From positions 96,001 to 160,000 of the forward strand of contig CAVPCQ010000012.1 of assembly GCA_963702425.1 (NCBI GenBank): a DNA stretch of 64,000 nucleotides. The letters are read 5' to 3'. Positions 1 to 9,375 of this stretch are shown piece after piece (the stretch's first letter is position 1; the number at the start of each line of letters is the position of its first letter). Position numbers and translations under genes: made by a program. This DNA is from an uncultured Acidobacteriota bacterium. GTDB taxonomy: Bacteria > Acidobacteriota > Polarisedimenticolia > J045. The notes beneath the pieces are model-generated. The model searched no databases and was not told the origin of the DNA. It saw nothing but the letters and a program-made list of their open reading frames with translations.

Positions 1-1345
1 CCGACGACGACGTCGGAGAAGCCGTCGCCGTTGACGTCTCCCGCCGACGCCACGCAGTAGCCGAAGGCGTTGCCCACAGCTTCGCCCCCCGCAGTCCACG
101 ACGTGGCGGCCGACAGACCGCTCGCCCCGCCCAGGTACAGGAACGCGTTGCCCGTCTGACCGGTGGCGCCGTACGCCCCGACCAGGACATCCGAAAAGCC
201 GTCGCCGTTGACGTCGCCCGCTGTTGCCGCGGAAGAGCCGAAGTAGTTGGTCGTTCCCTGCCCCACCACGGTCCATGACGCGGCCGCCGACAGGCCGCTC
301 GCCCCGCCCAGGTACAGATACGTCTTGCCCGTGGAACCGGCGTTGCCGTCCGCCCCGATCACGACGTCCGAACGGCCGTCCCCGTTGACGTCCCCCGCCG
401 ACGCCACGCTGGAGCCGAAGTCGTCGGACACACCCTCCCCAACCGCCGTCCACGACGCGGTGGCCGACAGGCCGCTCGCCCCGCCCTGGTACAGGTAGGC
501 TTTGCCCGTGGAACTGGCGTTACCGTACGCCCCGATTACGACATCCGTATAGCCGTCCCCGTTGACGTCCCCCGCCGTCGCCACGCTCGAGCCGAAGGAG
601 TCCGACACGCCCTCCCCGGCCGCGGTCCACGATGCGGCGGCCGACAGGCCGCTCGCTCCGCCCAGGTACACGTAGGCTTTGCCCGTGGAACCGTTGTTAC
701 CGCGCGCCCCGATCACGACGTCCGAGTAGCTGTCCCCGTTGACGTTCCCCGCCGTCGCCACGCTCGAGCCGAAGGAGTCGGACACACCCTCCCCCACCGC
801 GGTCCACGACGCGGTGGCCGACAGACCGCTCGCCTGGCCCAGATACAGGTACGCCTTGCCGGTGGCGCCGGGAGCCTGTTGGGATGCCCCGACGAGGACG
901 TCCGCGTAGCCGTCCCCATTGACGTCTCCGGCAGTCGCCACAGACCCACCGAAGCGGCTGTCCGGAGCCTCTCCTGCGGCGGTCCACGAGGCGGCGGCTG
1001 TCAGCCCGCTCGCGCCGCCCAGGTACAGGTACGCCTTGCCCGTGGAGGCGCCGCGGTCCGCCCCGATCGCGACATCCGCATAGCCGTCTCCGTTGACGTC
1101 CCCCGCCGTCGCCACGGAGTGGGCGAACCAGCTGTCCGGACCCTCTCCCACCGCGGTCCACGACGGAGTGGCCGACAGGCCGCTCGACCCTCCCAGGTAC
1201 AGGTACGCCTTGCCCGTGAAACCGGCGTAGCCGTAGGCCCCGACGACGACGTCCGAATGGCCGTCCCCGTTGACGTCCCCCGCAGTCGCCACGGACGCGC
1301 CGAAACGGTCGTCCGGAGCCTCCCCCACTACAGTCCACGACGCGC
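1..1345 (-). repeat. Intragenic tandem repeat, 180-bp (60-aa) period, about 7.5 FG-GAP units visible
   Basis: ccgttgacgtc-like motif recurs near 28, 207, 382, 558, 736, 916, 1090 and 1267; units are highly similar at DNA level. Confidence 0.9.
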
Positions 1346-2063
1346 TCGTGGCCAGCGGGTCGACGGTGAGCGGGTAGGTCGCGTCCGCATCGTCGACGAC
1401 GATCCGGACTCCGCCGGCGATCGGTTCGAACCGTGCCGGGATGGCGCTGCCGGAGGCATCGGCTACGCTGAGCTTGGCGTAGCGCAGCACGCTGACGTTG
1501 CCGCTCGAGTAGAAGTCGATCGCCTGACCGTCCTCGGTGAAGATCGGCCGCAGCCCGCCCGCCAGCGCCAGGTCCAACACCAACCGGTCGCCTGCCGTTC
1601 GGGGGCGAACGGGAATCGTGAACCCGTGCTCGAGCCCCTGGGGCGTGTTGACGAACCACTCAGTCAGCCGTCCGCGATCGAGTTCGACCCGGTCCTCCTC
1701 CGCGCGCAAGCCCGTGAAACCGACGGCTTCCAGGCCGTCCGATCGGCCCCAACCCGTCAGCGACAGGCCCCACTCCCAACCCGCTCCGTCCTGCGGTGTG
1801 AGCTGCACTCCACGGGCATCGAACCGGGCCTCGAAGCGGTGCGCCGGGTTGGCCGCCCGAAACGCGGCTCCCCCCGTGCCTTCGCCCACGATGCCGTATT
1901 CCTCGAGCTGGACCGAACGCTGGACCTGGCTCCACCAGTCGGCCGAAATGCCGGGAGGCAGGTTGGGCCCCGCGCCGGAGTCGGACCCCAGGGCCGGCAC
2001 TACGACGAGCAGAGCCACGAAGGCGGCGATCGGGATCCAACGCACTGCGGAACAGGTCGACAT
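1..2063 (-). CDS. Secreted FG-GAP/integrin-alpha-like repeat protein (runs off the window start)
   Basis: ATG at 2063 with AAGGAGG RBS and a signal-peptide-like N-terminus (MSTCSAVRWIPIAAFVALLVVVPALG). The frame reads repeated FG.SVA.AGDVNGDG..DV..GA motifs and is open to the window edge, so it is absent from the ORF track. Confidence 0.9.
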   Translation of the reverse strand, partial: MSTCSAVRWIPIAAFVALLVVVPALGSDSGAGPNLPPGISADWWSQVQRSVQLEEYGIVGEGTGGAAFRAANPAHRFEARFDARGVQLTPQDGAGWEWGLSLTGWGRSDGLEAVGFTGLRAEEDRVELDRGRLTEWFVNTPQGLEHGFTIPVRPRTAGDRLVLDLALAGGLRPIFTEDGQAIDFYSSGNVSVLRYAKLSVADASGSAIPARFEPIAGGVRIVVDDADATYPLTVDPLATSASWTVVGEAPDDRFGASVATAGDVNGDGHSDVVVGAYGYAGFTGKAYLYLGGSSGLSATPSWTAVGEGPDSWFAHSVATAGDVNGDGYADVAIGADRGASTGKAYLYLGGASGLTAAASWTAAGEAPDSRFGGSVATAGDVNGDGYADVLVGASQQAPGATGKAYLYLGQASGLSATASWTAVGEGVSDSFGSSVATAGNVNGDSYSDVVIGARGNNGSTGKAYVYLGGASGLSAAASWTAAGEGVSDSFGSSVATAGDVNGDGYTDVVIGAYGNASSTGKAYLYQGGASGLSATASWTAVGEGVSDDFGSSVASAGDVNGDGRSDVVIGADGNAGSTGKTYLYLGGASGLSAAASWTVVGQGTTNYFGSSAATAGDVNGDGFSDVLVGAYGATGQTGNAFLYLGGASGLSAATSWTAGGEAVGNAFGYCVASAGDVNGDGFSDVVV

Positions 2064-2239
2064 GGCGGCGCACCTCCTTGCGTTGACGCGATGGAGCGTT
2101 CGATGGCAGATACACGCTCTGCCACGAGGCGGCCGGAGGGACGCGAGGGGGCGCTGCTAGGTGAGCCGTAGCTCCCCTCCCGCCCCCGCGCGGCGGCGGG
2201 AGCTTATTGGGTCGGAGGCTGACGGTCAAGCCCAAATAC

Positions 2240-2261
2240 TGAACCGCCCCGGGTTTTGCGG
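2240..2261 (+). mobile_element. Isolated IS3-family (IS51/IS629/IS6110-type) terminal inverted repeat remnant
   Basis: TGAACCGCCCCGGG matches the well-known terminus of IS629/IS6110-like elements; no transposase follows. Confidence 0.55.
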
Positions 2262-2439
2262 CGTCAAGGCTGATCGAGGGCCGACCTCACAGACGGTTGA
2301 AGACCGGGCGACCGAGGACCACGCCACTCGACGCGGCTATGCCTTAACCACGACATCGTCCGCGCTGCCCTTCAAAGAGTTGCGTTTCCGTGTTAGGACA
2401 TCCGGTGGTCCGCGGACGAGTCCGGTTGCCCGCGGACCC

Positions 2440-2560
2440 TACCGCCATCATCGCGTGGTTGTTCAACCGCCTCCTGGCAGCGTCCGGGCTCTCATCGCGA
2501 TGTTGCCGGCCACGCCGACCTCCTGATCGAGAACCTCGCGCTTCGCCAGCAGCTCTTTCG
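2440..2560 (+). pseudogene. Fragment of an integrase-core/transposase N-terminus
   Basis: Reads DLLIENLALRQQL, a motif typical of rve-type integrase core domain protein N-termini. Confidence 0.5.
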
Positions 2561-2579
2561 GTCTCTCTCCGCCCTTCCA

Positions 2580-2883
2580 AGGCTTATCCCAGCAACGACT
2601 TATCATGCTCCGCGCATTCGTCGAGGCGGAGATCTCCCGGGAGGCTTCCATGGCGTCGGGCGGCGGCGATTGCGAGTGCCCGCTGCCCGCACACTGCCAC
2701 ACGACCACGGCCACCATCGCCTCATGGCTGGCACGGTTCGACGACGAAGGCCTTCTCGCGCTCGTCCAGACACCCGAACCTGTCAACAAGTCCCCCGCTC
2801 TCGTCGCGTACCTTGTCCGGCGTTCCGGGGCCGCCGCGCGGCGACGCTTCGGTCCGCCGAAAGCACTCCGCGGCCGTGGATGA
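2580..2883 (+). pseudogene. Degenerate DDE/integrase-type transposase remnant, copy 1
   Basis: Peptide TIASWLARFDDEGLLALVQTPEPVNKSPALVAYLVRR; DNA strongly similar to 5070-5700. Confidence 0.6.
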
Positions 2884-3055
2884 GACCTCGAAGACGCCCA
2901 CTCGCCGCGACTCAAGCTGGCTGGCGCCCTACACCCGCTCGCGGCACGTGTAGGAGGACGCTCCACCCGGCGAGACGGCGGCGGCGGGCCGCCACTGCAC
3001 GACCCGCCGCGCCGTTTCACCTTTCGACGCCGACCGTCTACCGGACGTTCTCGGA

Positions 3056-4735
3056 CTAGCGCGTCTCGCTCGGACCCCCGGCGCGCCGGGTACCCAACTT
3101 GAACACGCCGTTGAAGACGCCCGACTGGTGCTTCTTGGTCAGTTCGCTCCGCAGGTCCTGCGCGCGCGCCAGCCCGCCCGAGCGCTTGAACTCACAGGAG
3201 CCGTATTCGCTCGCATCGCCGACGGTCTCGTAGGCGACACGCATCGTACGGCAATTGTCACCGTTTCCGTCCTTGCAGTCGGAGCCCGCTTCGGCGCCGT
3301 CCGCCTTGCCGGCGGCCGCGTCAGGATTGCGGCAGACGAGGATGTAGTTGAGGTCGACGATCCAGCCCTCAAGAAATCCGTCGGGGTCGACGCCCTGGCC
3401 GGCGACGATCCTGCCGTTCGAGCTGATCGCGTTGATCGAGCTGAGGTACCAGAAATACAGCTCGTCGAGCCCCTGACCGATGAGGAACAGCTGGAAGTCG
3501 ATCGTGCCGACGTCCTTGTTCCACATGAACGGCACGAGCCCGGTGAAGAAATCGCCGATCCTCCCGGCGACGACGTAGCTGTTGTCGCTGATCACGAACG
3601 GATTGACGAGGTAGGGGAAGTCCGGGAACGTCGGGATCCGGTCGAAGCTGCCGTCCGGGTTCGCCCGGTAGCCGTCCTCCCACCCCGAGCCGTAGTCGAA
3701 GTTCCGGCCGACCGCGTACTTGCCGTCGGGGGTTGCGTCGAACGCCTCACCCTTCCAGAGCTCGTCCTTCCAGGCGGGGTTGGCCACGCAGACCGGAGTG
3801 TCGGGGCAGAAGTAGTCAGACGTGCAGCGCGAGCCTTCGTTCGGTCCGCCGAGACACGTGCCGCCGCACTGCGAGCTGCTGGTGCATCTCTTGCCCGAAT
3901 CGAAGCCGCCGACGCAGACGCCGGCCGTGCAGGTCCCCTTGCTCGAGGCCGGGCACGAGCCGTCGTCCACGTACTCGGGGCAACCGTATTTCGGGTCGGC
4001 CGAGTCCGCCGTGCAGCCCTTGGGGGTCTGAACGCAGACCTTGGCCTCGAGGCCGTTCGGGTCGCCAAAGAAGGTCCAGGTGCCGGTCTCCTTCTCCCAG
4101 CGCGCGCCACGCCGCGGGCCCCCCAGCGAAGTACCCCAGCCGATCACGGCCTTGCCGTCGCAGGTGACGGCGTTCCCACGGGTGCTGCCGCCGTTGGGGG
4201 AGCCGAGGTCGATGGTGGTGTTCGTCGCCTTGTCCCAGAGGAAGCCCCGGGCGACTCTGCACCCCGACCAGGTCAGCCCGGTGGCGTAGTCGCCGTTGCC
4301 GCCCATGTCAAAGAAGGACAAGCGGCTGGAGTCACATGGTGCATAGCCGGGTTGGGGCGGAAGCGGGGAGAACATGTCCGGCGCGTCGAGCCAGGTGCCG
4401 GCCCAGATGTAGGCCGGGTCCGACCCCGGGTAGATCCCGTTCGTCATGACCGTGCCGTCCCCTGAGATCCGGATGGGGGGCTGGATGCTGCCAATCTGCG
4501 GCCCCCACCCGCCCTTGCGCGTCCACAGGATCCCGTAGCTGGCAGAGAAGGACGGGGTCGCCACGAAGACGGTGCCCTGCGGGTTCATCGCCAGGATGTT
4601 CGACGCGGGGAACGGGCCCGGGGGATTGATGAAGCCGATCGGGGTGAAGGTGACTCCGCGGCTCTGTGCGAATGCGGAGGTGGTGAGGAGGACGGCCACG
4701 ACCGCCACTCCCAGCACTGTGAGACACTTTCTCAT
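3056..4735 (-). CDS. Secreted HAF-repeat-like beta-propeller protein with a Cys-rich insertion
   Basis: ATG 4735 with AGGAGG RBS; signal peptide MRKCLTVLGVAVVAVLLTTSAFA; repeats such as GFLWDKATNTTIDLG and AISSNGRIVAGQG; C-x-GG-x2-G-x2-C cluster. Confidence 0.8.
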   Translation of the reverse strand: MRKCLTVLGVAVVAVLLTTSAFAQSRGVTFTPIGFINPPGPFPASNILAMNPQGTVFVATPSFSASYGILWTRKGGWGPQIGSIQPPIRISGDGTVMTNGIYPGSDPAYIWAGTWLDAPDMFSPLPPQPGYAPCDSSRLSFFDMGGNGDYATGLTWSGCRVARGFLWDKATNTTIDLGSPNGGSTRGNAVTCDGKAVIGWGTSLGGPRRGARWEKETGTWTFFGDPNGLEAKVCVQTPKGCTADSADPKYGCPEYVDDGSCPASSKGTCTAGVCVGGFDSGKRCTSSSQCGGTCLGGPNEGSRCTSDYFCPDTPVCVANPAWKDELWKGEAFDATPDGKYAVGRNFDYGSGWEDGYRANPDGSFDRIPTFPDFPYLVNPFVISDNSYVVAGRIGDFFTGLVPFMWNKDVGTIDFQLFLIGQGLDELYFWYLSSINAISSNGRIVAGQGVDPDGFLEGWIVDLNYILVCRNPDAAAGKADGAEAGSDCKDGNGDNCRTMRVAYETVGDASEYGSCEFKRSGGLARAQDLRSELTKKHQSGVFNGVFKLGTRRAGGPSETR

Positions 4736-5069
4736 GGAGCCTCCTCTTGCTGGGAACGACCGCCGGATCATCGCGTGAGATCCGTCGGCGGTGCCTGCTT
4801 GTTTGGAGAGCCGGGAACTGTCTCCCGGACTCCTGCATGGTGCTGGCGGAGAGGATGCCCCGCCCGCGACATCAGTCGATCGATCGTCTCGGCGGATCAG
4901 GAATTTTCCTTTCCCTCGTAACTGCTCCGCATTCTCCGGGGAAGTGGGCGGAATGGTCAAGCGGCCGCAGCGAAGGAGGCTGGAAGCTTCTTGTGCCACA
5001 ACCGGTCAGCCGCACTCATGACGCGCTCGCCCAGCCAGCGGCTCTTGGGGGCTACCTCCGCGCTTCCAA

Positions 5070-5700
5070 GTCCCATTCCTGCAGAGACTTGTTCATGCTA
5101 CAAGCTCCGCCCACTGGTCGAGGAGAAGGTTTCCCATGAGGTTTCCATGGCGTCGGGCGACCGCGATTTCGAGCTCCCGCTGCCCGCACAGTGGCCCCCG
5201 CGGGCCCGCGCCGCGATCGTCCACTCCCTTACCCTCGCGCACGTCGGGCTGCCGGCGGCAGCGGACCGTCTCGGGGAGACGGCCCGGCTGCAGCACGAGT
5301 TCGCTCTGCTCCACGAGGAACTCCGCGTCAAGCACGCTCGCATGGAGCGCTGCCGTCCCATCGCCGTCCCATCGCCGTCCCCACGCTTCCCGTCGGTGGA
5401 TCGTCTCGCGGTCCTCGAGAACCGTGTGGCTCGCGGCTGGTCGTTGAGCCAAACGACTGAGCGATTCCACGTGACCACGACCCCACCGCCTCCTGCGTAG
5501 CGGGTCTCGACGAGGAAGGTTTCTCCACACTCGTCCAGACTCCCGAACCTGTCAACAAGTCCGCAGCTCCCGTCGCGTACCTTGTCCGGCGTTCCGGGGC
5601 CGGCCTTCCGCCGCGGCGATGCAGTCCTTCCTCGCCGGCATGTTCCGAGCCGCTGCCGAGCCGCCCGAGCACCTGATCACGGATCGGGGGAAGCTGACGC
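5070..5700 (+). pseudogene. Degenerate DDE/integrase-type transposase remnant, copy 2
   Basis: MASGDRDFELPLPAQWPPRARAAIVHSL..., ELRVKHARMER, LVQTPEPVNK and PEHLITDRG fragments, broken by frameshifts and stops. Confidence 0.6.
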
Positions 5701-5779
5701 ACCTCGAGCGCCCGGGACGCGCCCAGCCTCCTCTACGGTCAGTCGTCCCACCGCGCCGGGATGGGATCGAATTCGAAGA

Positions 5780-6215
5780 GCGCGGCGCGCTTCGGGTCGT
5801 GCCGCGCCGGGGCCAGTGGCGGGGCTCACGCCGGCAGTCCGAGGCACTCCAGGATCGCTCCTGCTGGGTCGGGAAAAAAGTTCGCGGCGAAAATCCTCAT
5901 GGCGCTGCGGACAGCGCTGGCACTCGAGAACATTCACCGCGAGGACCCGGAGCAGCGACTCGGCCCAGGGATGAGCCCGGCGACGCGGCGCGGCCGACGC
6001 GGATCCCCTCCCGCGCGTGGGGACGGTCGGCGTCACGACCGCCGGCCCTCCGCCGGCCGAGGCCTCCGGCCCTGACCCCTCCGGCGGCCCCGGCACGACC
6101 TGCGCTCCCGATCGCGCTCCCGGGGCCAGCACCCCCGTGTGCCGCACCAGGCGAAACCGCGGGGGCGGCACCAGGGCGGCCAGCCTGGCCGCCAACTCCT
6201 CTGACCTCGACGGGG
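5780..6215 (-). pseudogene. IS91-like (IS801/IS1294-type) transposase C-terminal remnant
   Basis: ELAARLAALVPPPRFRLVRHTGVLAPG...WAESLLRVLAVNVLECQRC matches the C-terminal motif of this family; the N-terminus is missing. Confidence 0.7.
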
Positions 6216-6331
6216 AACGCAGCAGCGGTCGAACTCTCGCTGGGACCCCGTTCCGCTGTAACGTATCTTCATCTGCGAGGTGCCATGAAGTCGGGCGGAT
6301 GGAGTTCTGGCGAAGTACATTGGAGATCGAG

Positions 6332-7879
6332 ATGACACCCTGCCCCGCACTCAAGACCGCACTGCTCGCCATCGCCTGCCTGGCTTGCGCCGCTGCGCCC
6401 GCATTCGCGGCCGGAAGCCCCCCGGTACCGTCTACCGGCGGGGCGATGCGTTTGATCAGCGGGGTGGCCCCGGACGGGCACGGCGGCGGGCCGCTGGAAC
6501 CGCCTCGCGATCTCATCACCGACGCGCAGCGCGAAGAGATCCGCCGGAAGATCGACGAGAACCTCGAGCTCCTGCGCCGCGAGGGCCGACTTGTGACGGC
6601 GGCGCTCGACGCGCCTCCGCAACTCGGCTGGCCGTTGCGCATCGCGGCGGGGCTGAGTGACCCGGGGCATCACGGGATCTCGAACCTCCTCGACCAGGAC
6701 GCGCGGTATCCGGACTTCGTCCTGGACTACAACTGCGGCGCGCGCAGCTATGACACCAGCGACGGGTACAACCACCAAGGAACCGACATCTACACCTGGC
6801 CGTGGTGGTGGTGGAAGATGGACCACAACGAGGTCGAGGTCGTCGCGGCGGCGCCAGGGCAGATCATTAACCGGTCCGACGGCAACTTCGATCGCAGTTG
6901 CTCGTTTAATAGCAACCCGTGGAACGCGGTCTACGTGCGCCACGGCGATGGGTCGATCGCCTGGTACGGTCACATGAAGAACGGCTCGCTCACCAAGAAG
7001 CAGGTCGGCGACAGCGTTGCGGAGGGGGAGTTTCTCGGTGTCGTCGGCAGTTCCGGCAACTCAACCGGTCCCCACCTGCACTTCGAGGTCCACGACTCGG
7101 CGGGCCGCCTCATCGATCCCTGGCAAGGGACGTGCAACTCGCTGAACGCCGACTCCTGGTGGAGGACCCAGCGCGGGTACTACGACTCGGCGGTCAACCG
7201 CGTTTCGACCGGCGCGTTGCCGCCGATTTTCCCCAGTTGCTCGCAGCCGGAGAGCCCGAACGGACGGGTGACGTTCAGTGTCGGGCCGCTCGTCTACTTC
7301 ACGACCTACTACCGCGATCAGCTCATCAGCCAGACCAGCCGCTACACGATCTACCGCCCCAATGGATCGATCTACTCGCAGTGGAGTCACAACAGCGACT
7401 CGGCGTGGTACAGCTCGTCGTGGTGGTACTGGTCGTTCAACATTCCGTCCGCTGAGGCACAGGGGACGTGGCGCTTCACCGTCGAGTACCTCTCGAGGAC
7501 GTACGAACGACAGTTCACGATCGGCAGCCCCGCAGCGTGCGGGAGCGTTCCCCAGTATGCAGTCCAGGGTGAGCAGCTCCGGGTGCGGAAGTCCGGTTCG
7601 CAGGTGCGTCTGAACTGGGGAGCGTCCTGCAATCCGCAAGACACCGACTATGTGGTCTACGAGGGCGTCCTCGGCAACTTCTCGAGCCACACCCCGGTGC
7701 TGTGCACCACGAGCGGTGCACGCGAGGTCACGATGACGCCGGCGGTGGGCGGAAGGTACTACCTTGTCGGACCGCGCAACGCCTCGCGGGAGGGATCGCT
7801 CGGCGTGAGCAGCAGCGGTGCCGAGCGGCCCGCCGGGGTGTCGTCGTGCCTGCCGCGGCTCGCGCTGCAGTGTCCCTGA
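6332..7879 (+). CDS. Secreted M23 family metallopeptidase with C-terminal Cys-ended domain
   Basis: Signal peptide; HQGTD (HxxxD), YGHMK and GSSGNSTGPHLHFEV (HxH) motifs; GGAG upstream of ATG 6332. Confidence 0.9.
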   Translation: MTPCPALKTALLAIACLACAAAPAFAAGSPPVPSTGGAMRLISGVAPDGHGGGPLEPPRDLITDAQREEIRRKIDENLELLRREGRLVTAALDAPPQLGWPLRIAAGLSDPGHHGISNLLDQDARYPDFVLDYNCGARSYDTSDGYNHQGTDIYTWPWWWWKMDHNEVEVVAAAPGQIINRSDGNFDRSCSFNSNPWNAVYVRHGDGSIAWYGHMKNGSLTKKQVGDSVAEGEFLGVVGSSGNSTGPHLHFEVHDSAGRLIDPWQGTCNSLNADSWWRTQRGYYDSAVNRVSTGALPPIFPSCSQPESPNGRVTFSVGPLVYFTTYYRDQLISQTSRYTIYRPNGSIYSQWSHNSDSAWYSSSWWYWSFNIPSAEAQGTWRFTVEYLSRTYERQFTIGSPAACGSVPQYAVQGEQLRVRKSGSQVRLNWGASCNPQDTDYVVYEGVLGNFSSHTPVLCTTSGAREVTMTPAVGGRYYLVGPRNASREGSLGVSSSGAERPAGVSSCLPRLALQCP

Positions 7880-7907
7880 GGATCCGCTAGGACTACTCAG
7901 ACTCTAG

Positions 7908-9371
7908 TACTACTGTGTCATGAGTTTGACGGCGCGGAGCCGCCTGTGCGAGCATCCGCCCATGAGCCGAGCCGCGTCGTCGCCGGAGGGGCGCTTTTCG
8001 GAGTTCGTGTCCCAGTTGAGCGCCGTGCTCGGCCACGCGGACCGGCATGAGCCGCTGCGCGGGTACCTGATGGGTCTGCTCTTGCCGGGCGACCGCAAGA
8101 GCGTGGAGCCGATGGCGGCGCGTCTCGATCCGCGCCGGGCCGCCGCGCGGCACCAGTCGCTGCACCATTTCGTCGCGAACGCGCCTTGGGACGCCGAGGA
8201 TCTGATCCGCGTCGCGCGCGATTACGCGTTGAGGCAGCTCGAACGTCACGCCCCGGTCGGGGCCTGGATCATCGATGACACGGGCATGCCGAAGAAGGGG
8301 CAGCACTCGGTCGGAGTGGGGCGGCAGTACTGTGGACAACTCGGCAAGCAGGACAACTGCCAAGTGGCGGTTGCGATCTCGGCAGCCCACCCGTCGATGA
8401 GCGTGCCGTGCGCCTACCGGCTCTATCTGCCGGAGAGTTGGACCGAGGATCCGGCGCGTCGTGCGATGGCCGGGGTGCCGAAGACCGTGCGGTTTCAGAC
8501 GAAGTGGTCCTTGGCGATCAGCCTGCTCGACGGCGTGCTGGCCGACGACCTGCCGCGCGCGCCGGTGGTCGCCGATGCCGGCTACGGCTCGACGACGGCG
8601 TTCCGCGATGCGGTGACGGCGCGCGGCCTCTCGTATGCCGTGGGCGTGACGGAGGACACTTCCGTCTGGCCTCCCGGCCAAGCGCCGCTTCCGCCGCTCC
8701 CGCGCCCGACCGGTCGTGGGCGGCCACCGCGTCGGGTGCGACGCACGACGGAGCATCAGCCCGTCGCACTGCACGCGCTCGCGCACTCCTTGCCGCCGAA
8801 GGCTTGGCATTCCGTCCGCTGGCGCGAGGGGACGCGCGGCACGATGAACTCGCGTTTCGCCGCACTGCGAGTTCGTCCGGCGCACCGCGACGAGAAGCGC
8901 ACCGAACCACGGGCCGTCGAATGGCTGCTCATCGAGTGGCCCACGGACGCGAAGGAGCCGACGAAGTACTGGCTGTCGACGGTTCCTGCAGACGTCGAAC
9001 TCGAAGAACTCGTGCGCCTCGCGAAGCTCCGCTGGCGCGTCGAGCGCGACTTCCAGGAACTCAAGGACGAACTGGGACTCGATCACTACGAAGGACGAAG
9101 TTGGCGCGGCTTCCACCACCACGGCGCCTCATGCATCGCGGCCTACGCCTTCCTGGCCGCCGAGCGTGCTCGGCTTTCCCCCCCAGAAGCTGTTGCCTTC
9201 CTCCGCGCCGCTCCGCTTCCCAAGGGCTTCAAGCCGCGGGGCTCCCCCGGTGCGGCCTGAGCGGCACAACCCGAACTCGATCACGACCATGCGCCGCGTG
9301 GCGGTCCACGCGCTGCTCGCCCGGCTCCCCTGCTGCCCCAACTGTCACGTTACACTTATGACACAGTAGTA
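7908..9371 (+). mobile_element. Complete IS701-family element with CTAG target duplication
   Basis: Terminal inverted repeats TACTACTGTGTCATGAGT / ACTTATGACACAGTAGTA (1 mismatch), flanked by CTAG at 7904-7907 and 9372-9375. Confidence 0.93.
7920..9260 (+). CDS. IS701 family transposase
   Basis: RKSVEPMA, IIDDTGMPKKGQHSVGVGRQYCGQLGKQDNCQ, DAGYG and RWRVERDFQELKDELGLDHYEGRSWRGFHHH motifs (start may be 7962). Confidence 0.95.
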   Translation: MSLTARSRLCEHPPMSRAASSPEGRFSEFVSQLSAVLGHADRHEPLRGYLMGLLLPGDRKSVEPMAARLDPRRAAARHQSLHHFVANAPWDAEDLIRVARDYALRQLERHAPVGAWIIDDTGMPKKGQHSVGVGRQYCGQLGKQDNCQVAVAISAAHPSMSVPCAYRLYLPESWTEDPARRAMAGVPKTVRFQTKWSLAISLLDGVLADDLPRAPVVADAGYGSTTAFRDAVTARGLSYAVGVTEDTSVWPPGQAPLPPLPRPTGRGRPPRRVRRTTEHQPVALHALAHSLPPKAWHSVRWREGTRGTMNSRFAALRVRPAHRDEKRTEPRAVEWLLIEWPTDAKEPTKYWLSTVPADVELEELVRLAKLRWRVERDFQELKDELGLDHYEGRSWRGFHHHGASCIAAYAFLAAERARLSPPEAVAFLRAAPLPKGFKPRGSPGAA

Positions 9372-9375
9372 CTAG

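Noticed and set aside
1-1345. Regular repeats resembling a CRISPR array
   Set aside because: They are in-frame coding FG-GAP repeats with no unique spacers
2341-2399. Possible integron attC site (CCTTAAC...GTTAGGA)
   Set aside because: Neither end fits RYYYAAC/GTTRRRY, there is no clear internal palindrome, and no integron integrase or second site is present
5352-5381. 11-bp tandem repeat GCCGTCCCATC
   Set aside because: Local slippage inside a transposase pseudogene; no sign of function
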